Positions 11,925-23,830 of a DNA stretch of 64,000 nt are shown here, piece after piece. The DNA comes from Carcharhinus longimanus (Eukaryota). The position numbers and the translations under genes were made by a program. Position 1 is the first letter of the stretch. Each line of letters opens with the position of its first letter. The notes beneath the pieces were generated by a model. It was not told the origin of the DNA. It made no database searches and saw only the letters and a list, made by a program, of their open reading frames with translations. Where the stretch lies: assembly GCA_030264375.1 (NCBI GenBank), contig JASCQW010000098.1, positions 3,455,471-3,519,470 on the forward strand, in the 5' to 3' direction.

Positions 11925-12225
11925 GATATTGGCCCAGAACACTGGAGGAGAGTCTCCTCTCCCCGGCCAACAGGCGCAGCATTGAGGCTCTAATCACTCA
12001 AAACCAGCTCCACTGGGCAGGACATGTTGTTCACATGTCTGACACCAAACTCCTGAAGGAACTGCACTATCCAGAACTCAGTTGCAGCAGCAGACTACCA
12101 GCCAGAATAATTTGGGGATGCCTTCGAAGCAATCCTGAAAAATTCAAAACTATCTGTCAGATTAATGGGAGACCCTGGCTTGTGACTGACCAAAATACAA
12201 AATGTTCACTGAGGAAGGCTCTGAA
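11925..12225 (+). mobile_element. RTE-clade LINE 3' fragment
   Basis: SIEALITQNQLHWAGHVVHMSDTKLLKEL matches the RTE C-terminal LRWAGHV motif. Confidence 0.7.
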
Positions 12226-12810
12226 TATAGAATCCCTACAGTGCAGAAGGAGGCCATTCAGCCCATTGCATCTGCACAGACTACTATCTCACCCAGCCCC
12301 TATCCACTTAGAACCACGTATTTTACCCCACTGGTCTCCCTGACACACTAAAGGTCAATTTAGCATGGCCAATCAACCTGACCCACACATCTTTGGACTT
12401 TGGAAAGTCACCAGAGCACCCGGAGGAAACGCACGCAGACACGGTATGCTGAGAGGCTTGACCAGGAAAGTGTAGAGGACAAGTCAAGGTGTCAGAGAAA
12501 GTTTAAGTTCATTTATTAGTGACACAAGAAAGCTTACATTAACACTGCAATGAAGTTACTGTGAAAATCCCCAAGTCGCCACACTCCAGCACCTGTTCGG
12601 ATACCCAGACGGATAATTTAGCATGGCCAATTCACCGAACTAGCACGTCTTTCGGACTGTGGGAGGAAACTGGAGCACCCGGAGGAAACCCACATGGACT
12701 CAAGGAGAACTGCAGACTTCATGCAGAAAGTGACTCAAGCTGGGAATCGNNNNNNNNNNTGGTGTCCCTGGCACTGTGAGGCAGCAGTGCTAACCACTGT
12801 GCCACCGCGA
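12226..12810 (-). mobile_element. Two adjacent HE1-like SINEs (12226-12445 partial; 12500-12810 alternative tail)
   Basis: Shared core sequence with the other copies. Confidence 0.8.
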
Positions 12811-13102
12811 CAAGTCCTCCAAACAACATGTCAAACCCTGCCCTGTCCGCAGCAGAGTCTGCAGGTAAAAGCACTGGGCACGTCGACCACCTCAAAGCGG
12901 AGGGGACGCACGATCGTCCTCAACCTCGAGGGACTGCCCAAGAGACAGACTGCTTCCGGCAGCCCGAGATCAGGTACGGTGGTACTGCATGGACTGGCCA
13001 AGCAGGCTGCACCCGGCCAGCTGAGCGGTCAACTCCTGCTCCTTTATAGACAGAACTTGTGTCAGGCTGGATGGAGGGTGTGTTCCAGGCTCTGGAGCCC
13101 CC

Positions 13103-13360
13103 TGGCACAGTGGTTAGCACTGCTGCCCCATAGCACCTGAGACCCAGGTTCGATTCCCAGCTTGGGTCACTCTCTGTGCGGAGTCTGCACGTTCTCCCCG
13201 TNNNNNNNNNNNNNNNNNNNNNNNNNNNNNNNNNNNNNNNNNNNNNNNNNNNNNNNTCAGTGTACCCGAACAGGCGCCGGAGTGTGGCGACTAGGGGATT
13301 TTCACAGTAACTTCATTGCAGTGTTAATGTAAACCTACTTGTGACACCAATAAACGAACT
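13103..13360 (+). mobile_element. HE1-related SINE, CpG-retaining (young), with a gap
   Basis: GGCACAGTGGTTAGCACTGCTGCC...GGTTCGATTCC head and the alternative tail. Confidence 0.85.
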
Positions 13361-13674
13361 TAGCTCAGAGCTGACTGTGTGTCACTGCCACCTCCCTACC
13401 CCTACCCCTACCCCTATCCCCAGGGGGTCTGAAGGGTGAGTCAACAAAGGAATGCAAGACAGTCACTAACAGAGTCATTACTGGACTCAATGATCAGAAG
13501 GTCAGCTCACTGATCCGGGCCTGGTTACCCCATCCTGTTAAAATCAGCGCCGTCTCCCCGGGCAACCAGCCCCAGTTAGAAAGCCGCTTCTTTTATTTTC
13601 TTTTCTAACTGCGCCAATCCGCCCTGCCACCTCCCCCGCTATTAGAGAATTTAATGCTGTTTAAAACCGTTCAC

Positions 13675-13728
13675 CTTCAGTGTCTGGATTGCCCGCCCCA
13701 TCGCACAACCCCCTCTGCGAGCCGCCAT
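13675..13728 (-). CDS. PCCA: PCCA coding exon 1 (MAARRGGCAMGRAIQTLK), start of mitochondrial transit peptide
   Basis: aagATGG start context, 54 nt to an AAG|gtgaac donor. Arg-rich and acid-free. Ends in TLK like the human first exon as I recall it. Lies in a small CpG-rich patch with promoter motifs directly upstream. Confidence 0.85.
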
Positions 13729-13830
13729 CTTCCCGTGACCTCTCACCCCAGGGAGAGAGGGGCGTGGCCGAGCCAGCAGCCAATCAGCACTCATGGAACT
13801 CAAGACCAGTGACGCAATAGCCACCGCCCA
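13720..13830 (-). promoter_or_regulatory. PCCA housekeeping-type promoter
   Basis: GC box GGGGCGTGGCC (~13759-13769), CCAAT box AGCCAATCAG (~13778-13787), CRE half-site TGACGCA (~13810-13816), and YY1 motif GCCGCCATCTT over the start codon. Confidence 0.7.
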
Positions 13831-13869
13831 TTTGACCGGGCAAAGACGGGATGGACAACTGAGCAGATC

Positions 13870-14280
13870 ATCAGGTTAACCCTCTCACCAGCTCAACCCT
13901 TTCACCAGGTTAACACACTGACCAGCTCAACACCTCCACCTGGTCAACACCTTCCTCATGTCAACACAGAGACCAGTTCAACACACTGACTCGGTCAACA
14001 TGTTCACCAGGTTACCACACTGACTAGGTCAACACCTTCACCAGGATAACACACTGGCCAGGTCAGTACACTGACTTGGTCAACCCCTTCACCAGGTCAA
14101 CACACTGACCAGGACAACACATTCACCAGGTCAAACCCTTCACCAGGTCAACACACTCACCAGGACAACACATTCACCAGGTCAGCCCCTTCAGCAGGCC
14201 AACACTCACCAGGTTAAACGACTGACCAAGTCAACACCTTCACCAGTCAACACACTGACCAGGACAACACCTTCCTCCAG
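13870..14280. repeat. 17-bp minisatellite (ACCAGGTCAACACACTG / ACCAGGTCAACACCTTC), about 24 degenerate units
   Basis: Directly visible tandem units, with two variants roughly alternating. Confidence 0.9.
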
Positions 14281-14719
14281 CATTGGGCATCATTCTGCAA
14301 GTACAACCTCTTTTGGTCTATTTCATTCTTTCAGTTAAATGGCTTCCAGTCTGCTCCCAGATTTTCTCAATTCTACTGGTAACACTGCTCACTGCCACCT
14401 GCCCCTTGGCAGGGTCTGCAGATTGCGAAGTGGACCCACCAGCCATGTCAGAATCCCTCAAAGAATGAAACATTAACTCAGCCTCTCTCTTTTCACAGAC
14501 CTGTTGAGTTTTATTCCTGCGCTTTCTGTCTTTCTGATGGTAGTACTCATGTCTCTGAGTCACACAATTCACCTTCACAGCTGATGCTCCCAGTGTAGGA
14601 AATGAGAGAGTGCTGCACTGTCAGGAGTGCCTTTTTTCAGATGAGACATTAAACTGAGGACCTCTTCTGCCTGCTCAGAGGCCAGAGTTACCAGGATTCT
14701 CTCAGAATGGTTCAAAATC

Positions 14720-16030
14720 AAAAAGGCTTTTGAACAGGAGGTGTCCTCTCACCATATTTATTCAACATCTGAACAGAAATGGCCATGAGAGAGACATCTA
14801 ATGGATATAAAAGTGGGATACCAATTGGCAGGCAGTAAGTTTTGAATCTGCAGTGTGTTGCTGACATTATTCTGCTTGCTAACTCAGTTGAGGAGCTACA
14901 GGAGTTGGTGAAATTACCGAGATTAATGTCAACACGACAAGGTGAAGGAAATGGGTGGGTGTTATGCTGTGGATGTTACGGCATTACAAAGAGATTCCAG
15001 ACTTTGTTAGGAACAAAAGATCAGAGAAACTTTGGTACAGGAAGTTTGTAGCCCTGGGCTGCCCTGGACCAGTAGCTCCAGTCCTTACATGCTTACTACA
15101 TGTCTGCTCGATGATTCTGCCTGAGAGAGGATTCCACCCTCTGCTGTGCTTGCTCACTCTCAGTTCCCCATTGGTCTGTCAAGTCAGGTGACTCACCTCT
15201 GCCGTACTATCTTAAAAAGACTGACACCACACACACAAACAGTGGGATCATCTGCAAGATTCTGATTAGCTTGAACAGATTGATGCATTCCTCTTAGGTT
15301 ACTAATCACAGAAGAAGCAGAGCCTACCAAAGGAAATTGGGCAAGACTTAGCAATGGGTGTGGCATTGTAAGCTCACTTAAAAGAGTAAGGAATAACCAC
15401 AGCATCTCGATTACAATGAAAATTCATCTTGAAAGCCCTTGTGTGGCCCATGGCAATGTGTAGCTGTGAATGTTGGACCATCAACAAGAGTGATAAGGTT
15501 TGAATAGGTGTATTTGAGATGAAAGGACTTGGACAGATATAAGGGCCAGAATTCTCCCATCCCACCTGCCAATGGAATTCTAGCAGGCAGGGGTGGGGGG
15601 TGGCGGACCATGTAAAGGTCCATTGAAGTCAGGTGGGAATCTCCGGTTTGGAGACGAGCATGGCCGGAGAATCCCACACAAAGTCATGGATGGACAAGCG
15701 GACAAAGGAGTGGGTGCTCAGGAAAGCTTGCGTTAAGGAGACTTTGTTCGATGTATTGATGTCAAGGAAACTCATACATTTTGGACATGTGATGGGTAAA
15801 GGAGGGGAGTGTTTGGAAAGAGAGGCACTACAAGGCAAAACACCTGGAAAACACGCACAGGGAAGACCCAAAATGGCACAGATGGACAATATCACAACAT
15901 CGACTGGCCTCTCAATGGGACAGGCAGTGAGTACAGCAGAGAATAGAAATTGGTGGAAAAATGTTCTTCCTGGTGCAATGAACTCTCGGAATGAGAGTGA
16001 ACGAAAGACAAGACAGAACATGGTGTTGGT
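14720..16030 (+). mobile_element. Fragmented RTE-clade (BovB-like) LINE with later insertions
   Basis: QGGVLSPYLFNI, NLQCVADIILLANSVEELQELV (degenerate YADD box) and SWMDKRTKEWVL...KLIHFGHVM...QGKTPGKHAQGRPK. A MITE is inserted at ~15545-15680. Confidence 0.75.
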
Positions 16031-16894
16031 ATGAAAAGGTTCTGTTCTATTTTTCCAAGGAGATGCCATGGTTAACCTGTATTTGGGATTTTACTGTCAC
16101 TGAGCAAACTGCTCCTTACCCTCTGCTCAGTACAGTTCCAAGTTAAATGTCCTAACTGCCTGGGAACTGATGTAAATCAGCAGGCCATGTGCTTGTTGTA
16201 TCTTCTGTTAAACATTCTGAGAAGTCTTTCAGAGAGTCAGACAGTTGATCATACAGCATTGAGGGAGTATTCACTATCATTCCATTATTCAGTATGACAA
16301 ATGGAGATTTTTTCTGTAAAAGAGCAATTGGGACTAGCTTAGAAGTTTAAGAAAAAGAGCAGAATGGACAAGTTGGTCTGAAGGGCCTGTTTCTATGCTG
16401 TAAACCTCTATGACTCTCAGAGGTATTGTGATCTTTACAGAAATGCCTGGAATGGATTCTCAAAAATCAGTCACTAAAATACCATAAAGCATAACATTGA
16501 TGATAAAATGAAGTTGGATAGATTATTGCTGACAGGTTTTCAAAGAAGAACAAAGAAAAGTACAGCCTGTGCCAATCATGATGCCCTAACTAAACTAAAA
16601 AAAACCTTCTGCCCTTACTCATTTAGTTTCCCTCTCTTCCCTCCCTATTTATGTACATTTAAGAGATGCCTCTTAAATGTTGCTAATGTGCCTGCTTCCA
16701 CCACCTCCTCTGGTAGCGCATTTCAGGCACGTACCATTCTCTGTGTGAAACACTTACTCTGCATTTCTCCCTTAAACTTCCCCCCTCCTCACCTTGAACC
16801 TGTGCCCCCTTGCAATTGATACATGCTTTCTTTCTTCGAGGTGAGCGCGTGTGATTGAGTTTCTGTGAAAGGGTAGACTCAATCACAGATAATA

Positions 16895-17500
16895 TTTGAT
16901 TTGATTTGACGTATTATTGTCACATATAGTGGTATACAATGAAAAATATTGTTTCTCGTGCGCTACACAGACAAAGCATACTGTACATAGAGTGCATAGG
17001 GGAGAAGGAAAGGAGAGGATGCAGACTGTAGTTTTATAGCAATAGCTAGAGTGTACAGAAAAATCAACTTATTATGGTGGTGGCATTCTTTACCCTGCAG
17101 ACATTATCAGAAAGAAACCATATGCAAACCAGCCTCCCATCCATTGTCTACACTTCTCGCTGCCTCAGCAAAACAGCCAGCATAATTAAGGACTCCATGC
17201 AGCCCACACGTTGTCTGTTCCACCTTCTTCCATCGGGAAAAAGATACAAAAATCCAAGGTCATGTACAACCAACTCAGGAACAGCTTCTTCCCTGTTGCT
17301 GTCAGACTTTTGAATGATCTTACCTGCATTAAGTTGACCTTTCCCTACACCCCGGCTATGACTGTAACACTACATTCTGCACTCTCTCGTTTCTTTCTCT
17401 ATGAATAGTACGTTTTGTCTGTATAGTGTGCAGGAAACAATACTTTTCACTGTATGTTAATACATGTGACAATAATAAATCAAATCAAATCAAATCAAAT
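16895..17500. mobile_element. Two back-to-back 3' ends of the Rex1/Babar-like LINE (16895-17075 minus; 17125-17500 plus)
   Basis: Both match 4180-4560, with (AAATC)n tails pointing outward. Confidence 0.8.
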
Positions 17501-17719
17501 ACCTGAAGGCTGCTATTAATTCTTCCACTAAGTCCAATCCTGTAAATGTATTTGCAAAGTGAAGCCTCTTGAGACACATTGAGAATCCCATTTCCTCGCA
17601 ACTTCTCCGTGCATTTCTAAATGTTTCCTGGTAATATCCATTCCCTTTTAAAAGCTGTTACAGATTCTGTTTCCAATAATGATTCAAATAATGTGTTCCT
17701 CTTGAAATGGTAGTAGAGA

Positions 17720-19690
17720 AGGACATAAGTATGAAGAAAACTAGGTTAACAGATTGGAGGAAAACTAATTTTATGGGGAAGAGAACAGAAATTGGGAAAG
17801 TAAAATTGAAAACAATATTGGCAAACAGCATGATAGAACAATAATGGGAAACATTTAAAGTAATGTTCAGCAGAGTGCCAGAAAATTATATTCTGCTGAA
17901 AGGAAAGAGCAAATTAAGCATTGGTGAGACTCCATGGATAAATAAAGGCATAAGGGAACAACTGAGGTTAGCAGATAGCTATTGTAATTCCTATATTTAA
18001 TAAGGGGAACAGAACATGCCCCAGACTGCTTAACATCTGTGGTAGAAAAAATAATGGGATCCCTACTAAAGGAGAAAATAGAAAAAATATCTAGAAATAA
18101 AAAGTACAATAATGAATAGTCAATATGGATTTTCAAAGGGAAAACCTTGTTTGACCAACCTTATTAACTTATAAAGGTGGTAACAGAGAGAGCAGACAAT
18201 GCTAATGCAGTAGATATGATTTATTTAGGTTTTTATAAAGACTAACAAGCGAGGCCAGAATGGGCAGCACGGTGGCACAGTGGTTAGCACTGCTGCCTCA
18301 AAGCGCCAGGAACCTGGTATGATTCCAGCCTTGGGTGACTGTGTGGAGTTTTCCCCATGTCTCCGTGGGTTTCCTCTGGGTTCTCTGGTTCCTCCCACAG
18401 TCCAAAGATGTGCAGATTAGGTGCACTGGCCATGCTAAATTGTCCCTTAGTGTCCAAAGCTGTGTAGGTTAGGGATTACTGGGGTAAATGTGCGGAGTTA
18501 CGGGAATTGGGTGGGTGGGTGGTCATAAGTAAAATGTTCTTTCTGAGGGTCGGTGCAGCCTTAATGGACCGAATGGCCTCCTTTTGCACTGTAGGGATTC
18601 TAGAATTCTGTGAATGTAATCATGGAAAAAGTGATCAAATTGACTGCTGGTTGGCTTCAAGACAGAAAGCAGAGAGTAGGAATAAAAGGTAGTTATTCAA
18701 AGTGTCAGAAAGCTGGATGTATTGTTCCAGAAGGATCAGTGCTGGCACCAATGCTGTTCACAATATTACGTTAATGACTGGGCCTTTGGCATCATAACAA
18801 CCATTTTTATGTTTGCGTGTGGCTCCAGTTTTGAGAGGAATAGCCAATATCAAGGAGTACTGCACCAAATCACAAGAGGACTTTAAGAAACTTGCAAATT
18901 GGGCAAATAATTGGCAAAGAAGGTTCAACACTGATAAATGTGAAGTTATTATTTGGAAACTGGGAATCTAAGTGGAGTAGAAGAACAAAGGGATCTTGCA
19001 GCGTAAATACACAAATCATTAAAAGTTTCACCACAGGCTAGCAATGTCATAACAAAAAATATAACCAAATGCCATGCTTTATTTCCAGACAGATAGAACT
19101 GAAAAGTAGATGGTTATGCTAAACCTATAGTGAATGTTGGCAAGACCATCCTTGGAGTACTGCATGCTCACCATGCTATGAAAAGGATATGAAGACACTG
19201 ACAAGGGTACAGAGATGATTTCCAAGCATCATGCGGGAAATACTTGGGTATCAGGAAAAGATGAAGAGACTGGCTTTCATTACTTTGAGAAAAGAAGACA
19301 AAGGAGTGACCTAATAAATGTCTTTGAAATTGCAAAATATTTTACTGAGGTTGATACAAGGAAAACGTAAGAGCAAACGAGAGGCTATCAACATAACATC
19401 ATCACCAAGTCTACGGTGGGAATTCAACTGGGAATTCAAAAGAAATGTCTTTGTTAAAAGTGGTGGGTTGTGAAATTTGCTACCACAGTAGTTCAAGTGA
19501 GCAGTATAAAAATGTTTTAAGGGGAGGATAGACAAGCATATGAGGGAGAAGGGGATAGAGAGTAACTATGGTAGATTTAAATGAGGAGTAAAAGAGAGGA
19601 GGCTCGAGTGAAGCATAAAGACCAGCATATAGATTGGTTGGGCCAAATAGCCAGTTTCTTATATCCTATGTAATGTACTCCTATGTAATC
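17720..19690 (+). mobile_element. Old CR1-like LINE ORF2 remnant with an HE1 SINE inserted at 18262-18605
   Basis: Decayed CR1 motifs (HGF.KGK.CLTNL, VPEGSVL.PMLFTI, LVRP.LEYC) and a CR1 tail. The SINE is in plus orientation. Confidence 0.75.
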
Positions 19691-20829
19691 CATTTTTAGT
19701 ATTGTGTGTAAAAAGAATTTCTAATTACTTGCTCTGTGCATCTGGTTCATTAATGTCCTTTAGGGAAGGAAATCTGCAGTCCTTACCTGGTCTGGCCTAC
19801 ATGTGACTCCAGAGCCACAACAATGTGGTTGACTCTCAACTGACCTAAATTTAATCAGACATCTATCTGATCATTCTATTTCTCCTTTAATTATTTATAG
19901 TCATATTCACAGTTAATCATACTATTATACCCATGTCTGGTTCACTTACATAGATCATGAAGAGCAGTAGACCTAGCACTGATCCTGAGAAAGGAAAAGA
20001 TCCTTCCTGTCCAAAAACAAGCATCCTAATAACCAGTGCTCTCTTTTCTGAGATTTAACTATCCAGTTTTCCTTTAATACCATGTGCCTCATATTTGTCA
20101 ACAAGTTTTCCCAATGTGCACCTTATAAGACATCTTTTGAAAACCTTTATAAACAACACCTACTCATTTCCTTTATCGGCCTACTCCTTAATTTCCTCAA
20201 ATAACTGCTAAATTTTTCAGATGTGCCTTTCCTTTTACAAACCTACTGCTGACTGCCCTAATTAAGCCTTGTCTTTCTAGGTGACTATCAAGATGAAACA
20301 AGAGCAGTGGGTTACATTCATTTTGAAGAATGCTGATCAAAATGTTTATTCATAGTCTGATCCCAGATTTTACCTTTTTGAAGTTTTGTCAACTCGTCCT
20401 CCCACTCTTAAATATATATTTGAGCATCCTTTCTGAGGGTGTTGACTTACCGCTGAGAGACACGTATCTCTGATACCTTTCTCAAATAGCTAGTAATCAT
20501 TGTGAGTCTTTTAGTCAATCTTAGCAGGCTAGTTAACCACAACAGGTAGCACAGCCAAATCAATCTTGTCCTCATCTGATGTGTTTTTTTGTGCTTATCA
20601 GAAGGAACACTCAAGAGCAATCGTGAGCAAGAACAAGACACTGCACTTGTTCTACCAACCAAGGGACAATGGTGCCAAATGTAATAAAGCTAGTTGTCAC
20701 CACAACTGAAAACAGCAAATATCATGAATGTTCATTATACTCCTACAAATTACATGACATCTTTTAAAACAAATTGCAATCTTCAATCCATATGAAAGTT
20801 CAGCTTATTTTTTCATATGATTTATTATT

Positions 20830-21300
20830 CATAGAGTCTCTACAGTGCAGAAGGAGGCCATTTGGCCCATTGAGTTTGCACCAACCATAATCCCAGCCAG
20901 GCTGTATCCCCTGCATTTACCCTAGCTAGTCCCCCTGACACTAAGGGGCAATTTAGCATGGCCAGTCCACCTAACCTACACATCTTTGGACTGTGAAGGA
21001 AACTAGATCACCCGCAGGAAACCCATGCAGACATGGAGGGAATGTGCAAACTCCACACAGACAGTGACCTAGGCTAGAATCGAACCTGGATCCCTGGTGC
21101 TGTGAGGTAAATTGAGTTTGAGTCTTTATATGCCCTGTTTGTGAACAGAACTCCCACTCACCTGATGAAGGAGCAGCACTCTGAAAGCTTGTGGTTTGTG
21201 CTACCAAATAAACCTGTTGGACTTTAATCTGATGTTGTGAGACTTCTTACTGTGCTGTGAGGCAGCAATGCTAACCACTGTGCCACCATGCTGCCCTTAG
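20830..21300 (-). mobile_element. HE1-like SINE with nested Penelope-like insertion (21108-21251)
   Basis: The SINE head is split, and GTGCTGTGAGG is duplicated on both sides of the insert. Confidence 0.85.
21159..21193 (+). ncRNA. Minimal hammerhead motif in a Penelope-like fragment inserted into a SINE
   Basis: CAC-CUGAUGA-A-[GGAG cagca CUCU]-GAAA-GC-UU-GUG, with the same downstream flank as the 3797 copy. Confidence 0.7.
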
Positions 21301-21309
21301 ATATAAAAT

Positions 21310-23830
21310 CATAGATTAATGAAATATAAAGCACAGAAGGGTACCTTTCACCCCCTGGTGCCCGTGCTAACTCCTCAAAGAGCAATCACACATAGTCTCA
21401 CATCCTGCTTTCCGTCTGTAAGTTCCTCATCCTCAAGTGCCTGTCCAACTTCCTTTTAAAATTATTTATGGAATCAGTTTCTACCATCTTTTCAGGTGGA
21501 AAGTTCCTGAAACTCTCTCAGTGAAAATATTCTCAAGAGCTACTCTGGGGATCTTTTGCCAATGATTTTGAATCCAAGATCTTTCGTTAGATCCAATTGC
21601 CGAGGGAATATTTTTTCTCAATTGCAATGGAATCCATATTTTCAAAGCTTGTATTTATTTTGAGACAGACTCTATCAACAAGGAAAACTGGGGAAAAAAA
21701 ACTGAGAAAGGAAACTGACCCTTCCAGTTTCTACAAAAACTGAGATTGAAACCGAGATTGGAAACTAAAACTTCAGGGGAGACTGAAAGTCTTTGAAACC
21801 ATATAAAAGAGTGCAGAGCTGTCAGATCTCAGATGGTGATTCCAGTGGTGTAGGACAGGCAGACTGAAGAAAGTGGAGGATAGACCAGGAAGCTGAGAAT
21901 AAACAACGATACAATTTCTGCAGCTGTTTCTGTAACTTGAAGGAAACATTAGTGGACCTACACCATCCAGACCATTGTAAGCAGAGTTCAGGTGGCTCTG
22001 TGGACACCTGCCATTTTTGATTAAGATCGTGCCTGTGGAGATCAGGTCACTTCTGCACTGTGGTCAATTGGAGGTCAGACTACATCCTAGCAGAAAAGAA
22101 ATTGGTCATGAGAAAGACAGAGTTTTGAAGAACTTTGTGACTGAGGTTGGTAACGTTATGCTGAGTGGACTGCTGAGTCAATTCATAAGCTCTTTATTCA
22201 TTGTTTCTGCCATTTAAGATGTAAATTATACTTCATAATCTGCTGCAATTTATCTGTTAATTGAGTTGAACTTATATTTGTTCTATGTTTCAGAGTAAAG
22301 ATGTTTGCCTAAAATAGTACTCTGTGTTTGCTTTGTTTGACTCCTGTATTGTTAAAAGAAAACATTGTTTTAAACTGTGAAGTCTTGTGGCTTCATTCCT
22401 TTAGTGGTGCTGGGGTTTCAGATTCCTTCATTTTATTTGAAACTAGTTACTGGTCTCGACCAAGTTTGTAGCACTGACTACCATATCAAAATCTTCCATC
22501 ATTTTGAAAACATCTGTTAAGACACCTCTCAATCTCCTGTGCTCCAAGGAGAATGGTACTAACTTTTCCAAGCTCTCTTCATAAATGAAGTCCTCACCCC
22601 TGGTAACATCCTGGATTACCTCCTCTTTGCCATCCCTGAAGTCTTTACTTTTTTTCTCAAGTGTAGTGCCCAGAATTGCCTACAATATTCCAAATACATA
22701 TAACCAGTGATTTATAACATTCTAGCATGATCCATTTGTAATTTTATTCTAGTTTTCCATTTATAAACACAAGTAACCCATATGTTTTTATAGTTTCCTT
22801 ATCAAGATGCCTAACCACCTTTAAGAGTTTGTTTATATCGGCACTAGGCCTCTCTGCTCATTAGCACTTTTCAAAACCATGCCATTTATAGTATACTGTC
22901 TTTCTATATTTAGTCCTCTCAACATGCATCACTTCACACTTCTCCACATTGAAGCAGTGCAATGCCTCTGCCCATTTTACCATCTTGACGAAGTCATCCT
23001 GAACCCTCTAACTATCGTCATCAATATCTACAACATTTTAAAGTTTTGTACCATGTATGAACTTCATAATGCTGTTCCCTAAACCCAAGTCCAGATCACT
23101 TATAAAAATCAATCACTTCCATTCTTTGTTCTTGCCAGTGGACCAATCCATATCTCCAATTTTCCCTTAATACTATCTTCTCAGTAAGTTCACACTAGCT
23201 TTTGTTCTGTTGATAGCTTTACAAAAGTCTATATAAATGCATGGTTCGCCCTAGGTTTTTCAAAAACAATCTTAAAGTCTCTATGAAGATCCGCTCTATT
23301 AACATCAACATATAAGAAGCTGAACACCAATTGTGACCAAAATACAATCCATCATTGAAAATGGGGTCAATCAACAAAGCAGCTACTGAGAGAAAGCTGA
23401 GGGAGATGGAAAGCGAAGGCAACTTCTCAAGCCAACAATCTGCAACCATCTCTACAGCTGACAACTGACTTCCTGGTGGGAAAGTTTGCAAGGCAAAATG
23501 CGACTCATAAAGCCACTGCAAACTCATAACCAACACTCACATCATACTTCTACTCAGCTGTCCACAAGAAAGAATCATCCTTGACACATGGAATTGCTGA
23601 TGATGCATATGAAACATCAACTGAAATACTGTACCTTGCTCAACTTTCTCTGTTACTGCATCAAAGAATCCAATGAAGTTAGCAAGATCTGATTTATCTT
23701 TAACAAATTCATGCTGGCATTCCTTGAGTAATCTAAATCTTTCCAAATGAAATTCCCCACCAAGTAGCCTGTAGTTTCCTGGTTTATCTCTTTTCTTGAA
23801 TGACATTAGCAACCTTTCAGTCCATAGCCA
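21310..23830 (-). mobile_element. Old CR1-like LINE remnant with nested insertions (~21620-22473 LTR-like; ~23245-23630 RTE-like 3' end)
   Basis: Minus-strand CR1 pieces (RDKPGNYR, QHEFVKDKSDLANFIGFFD) resume on both sides of unrelated blocks. Confidence 0.6.

Noticed and set aside
13870-14280. CRISPR-like appearance of the 17-bp array
   Set aside because: Units are contiguous with no unique spacers, there are no cas genes, and the context is vertebrate. It is a minisatellite.
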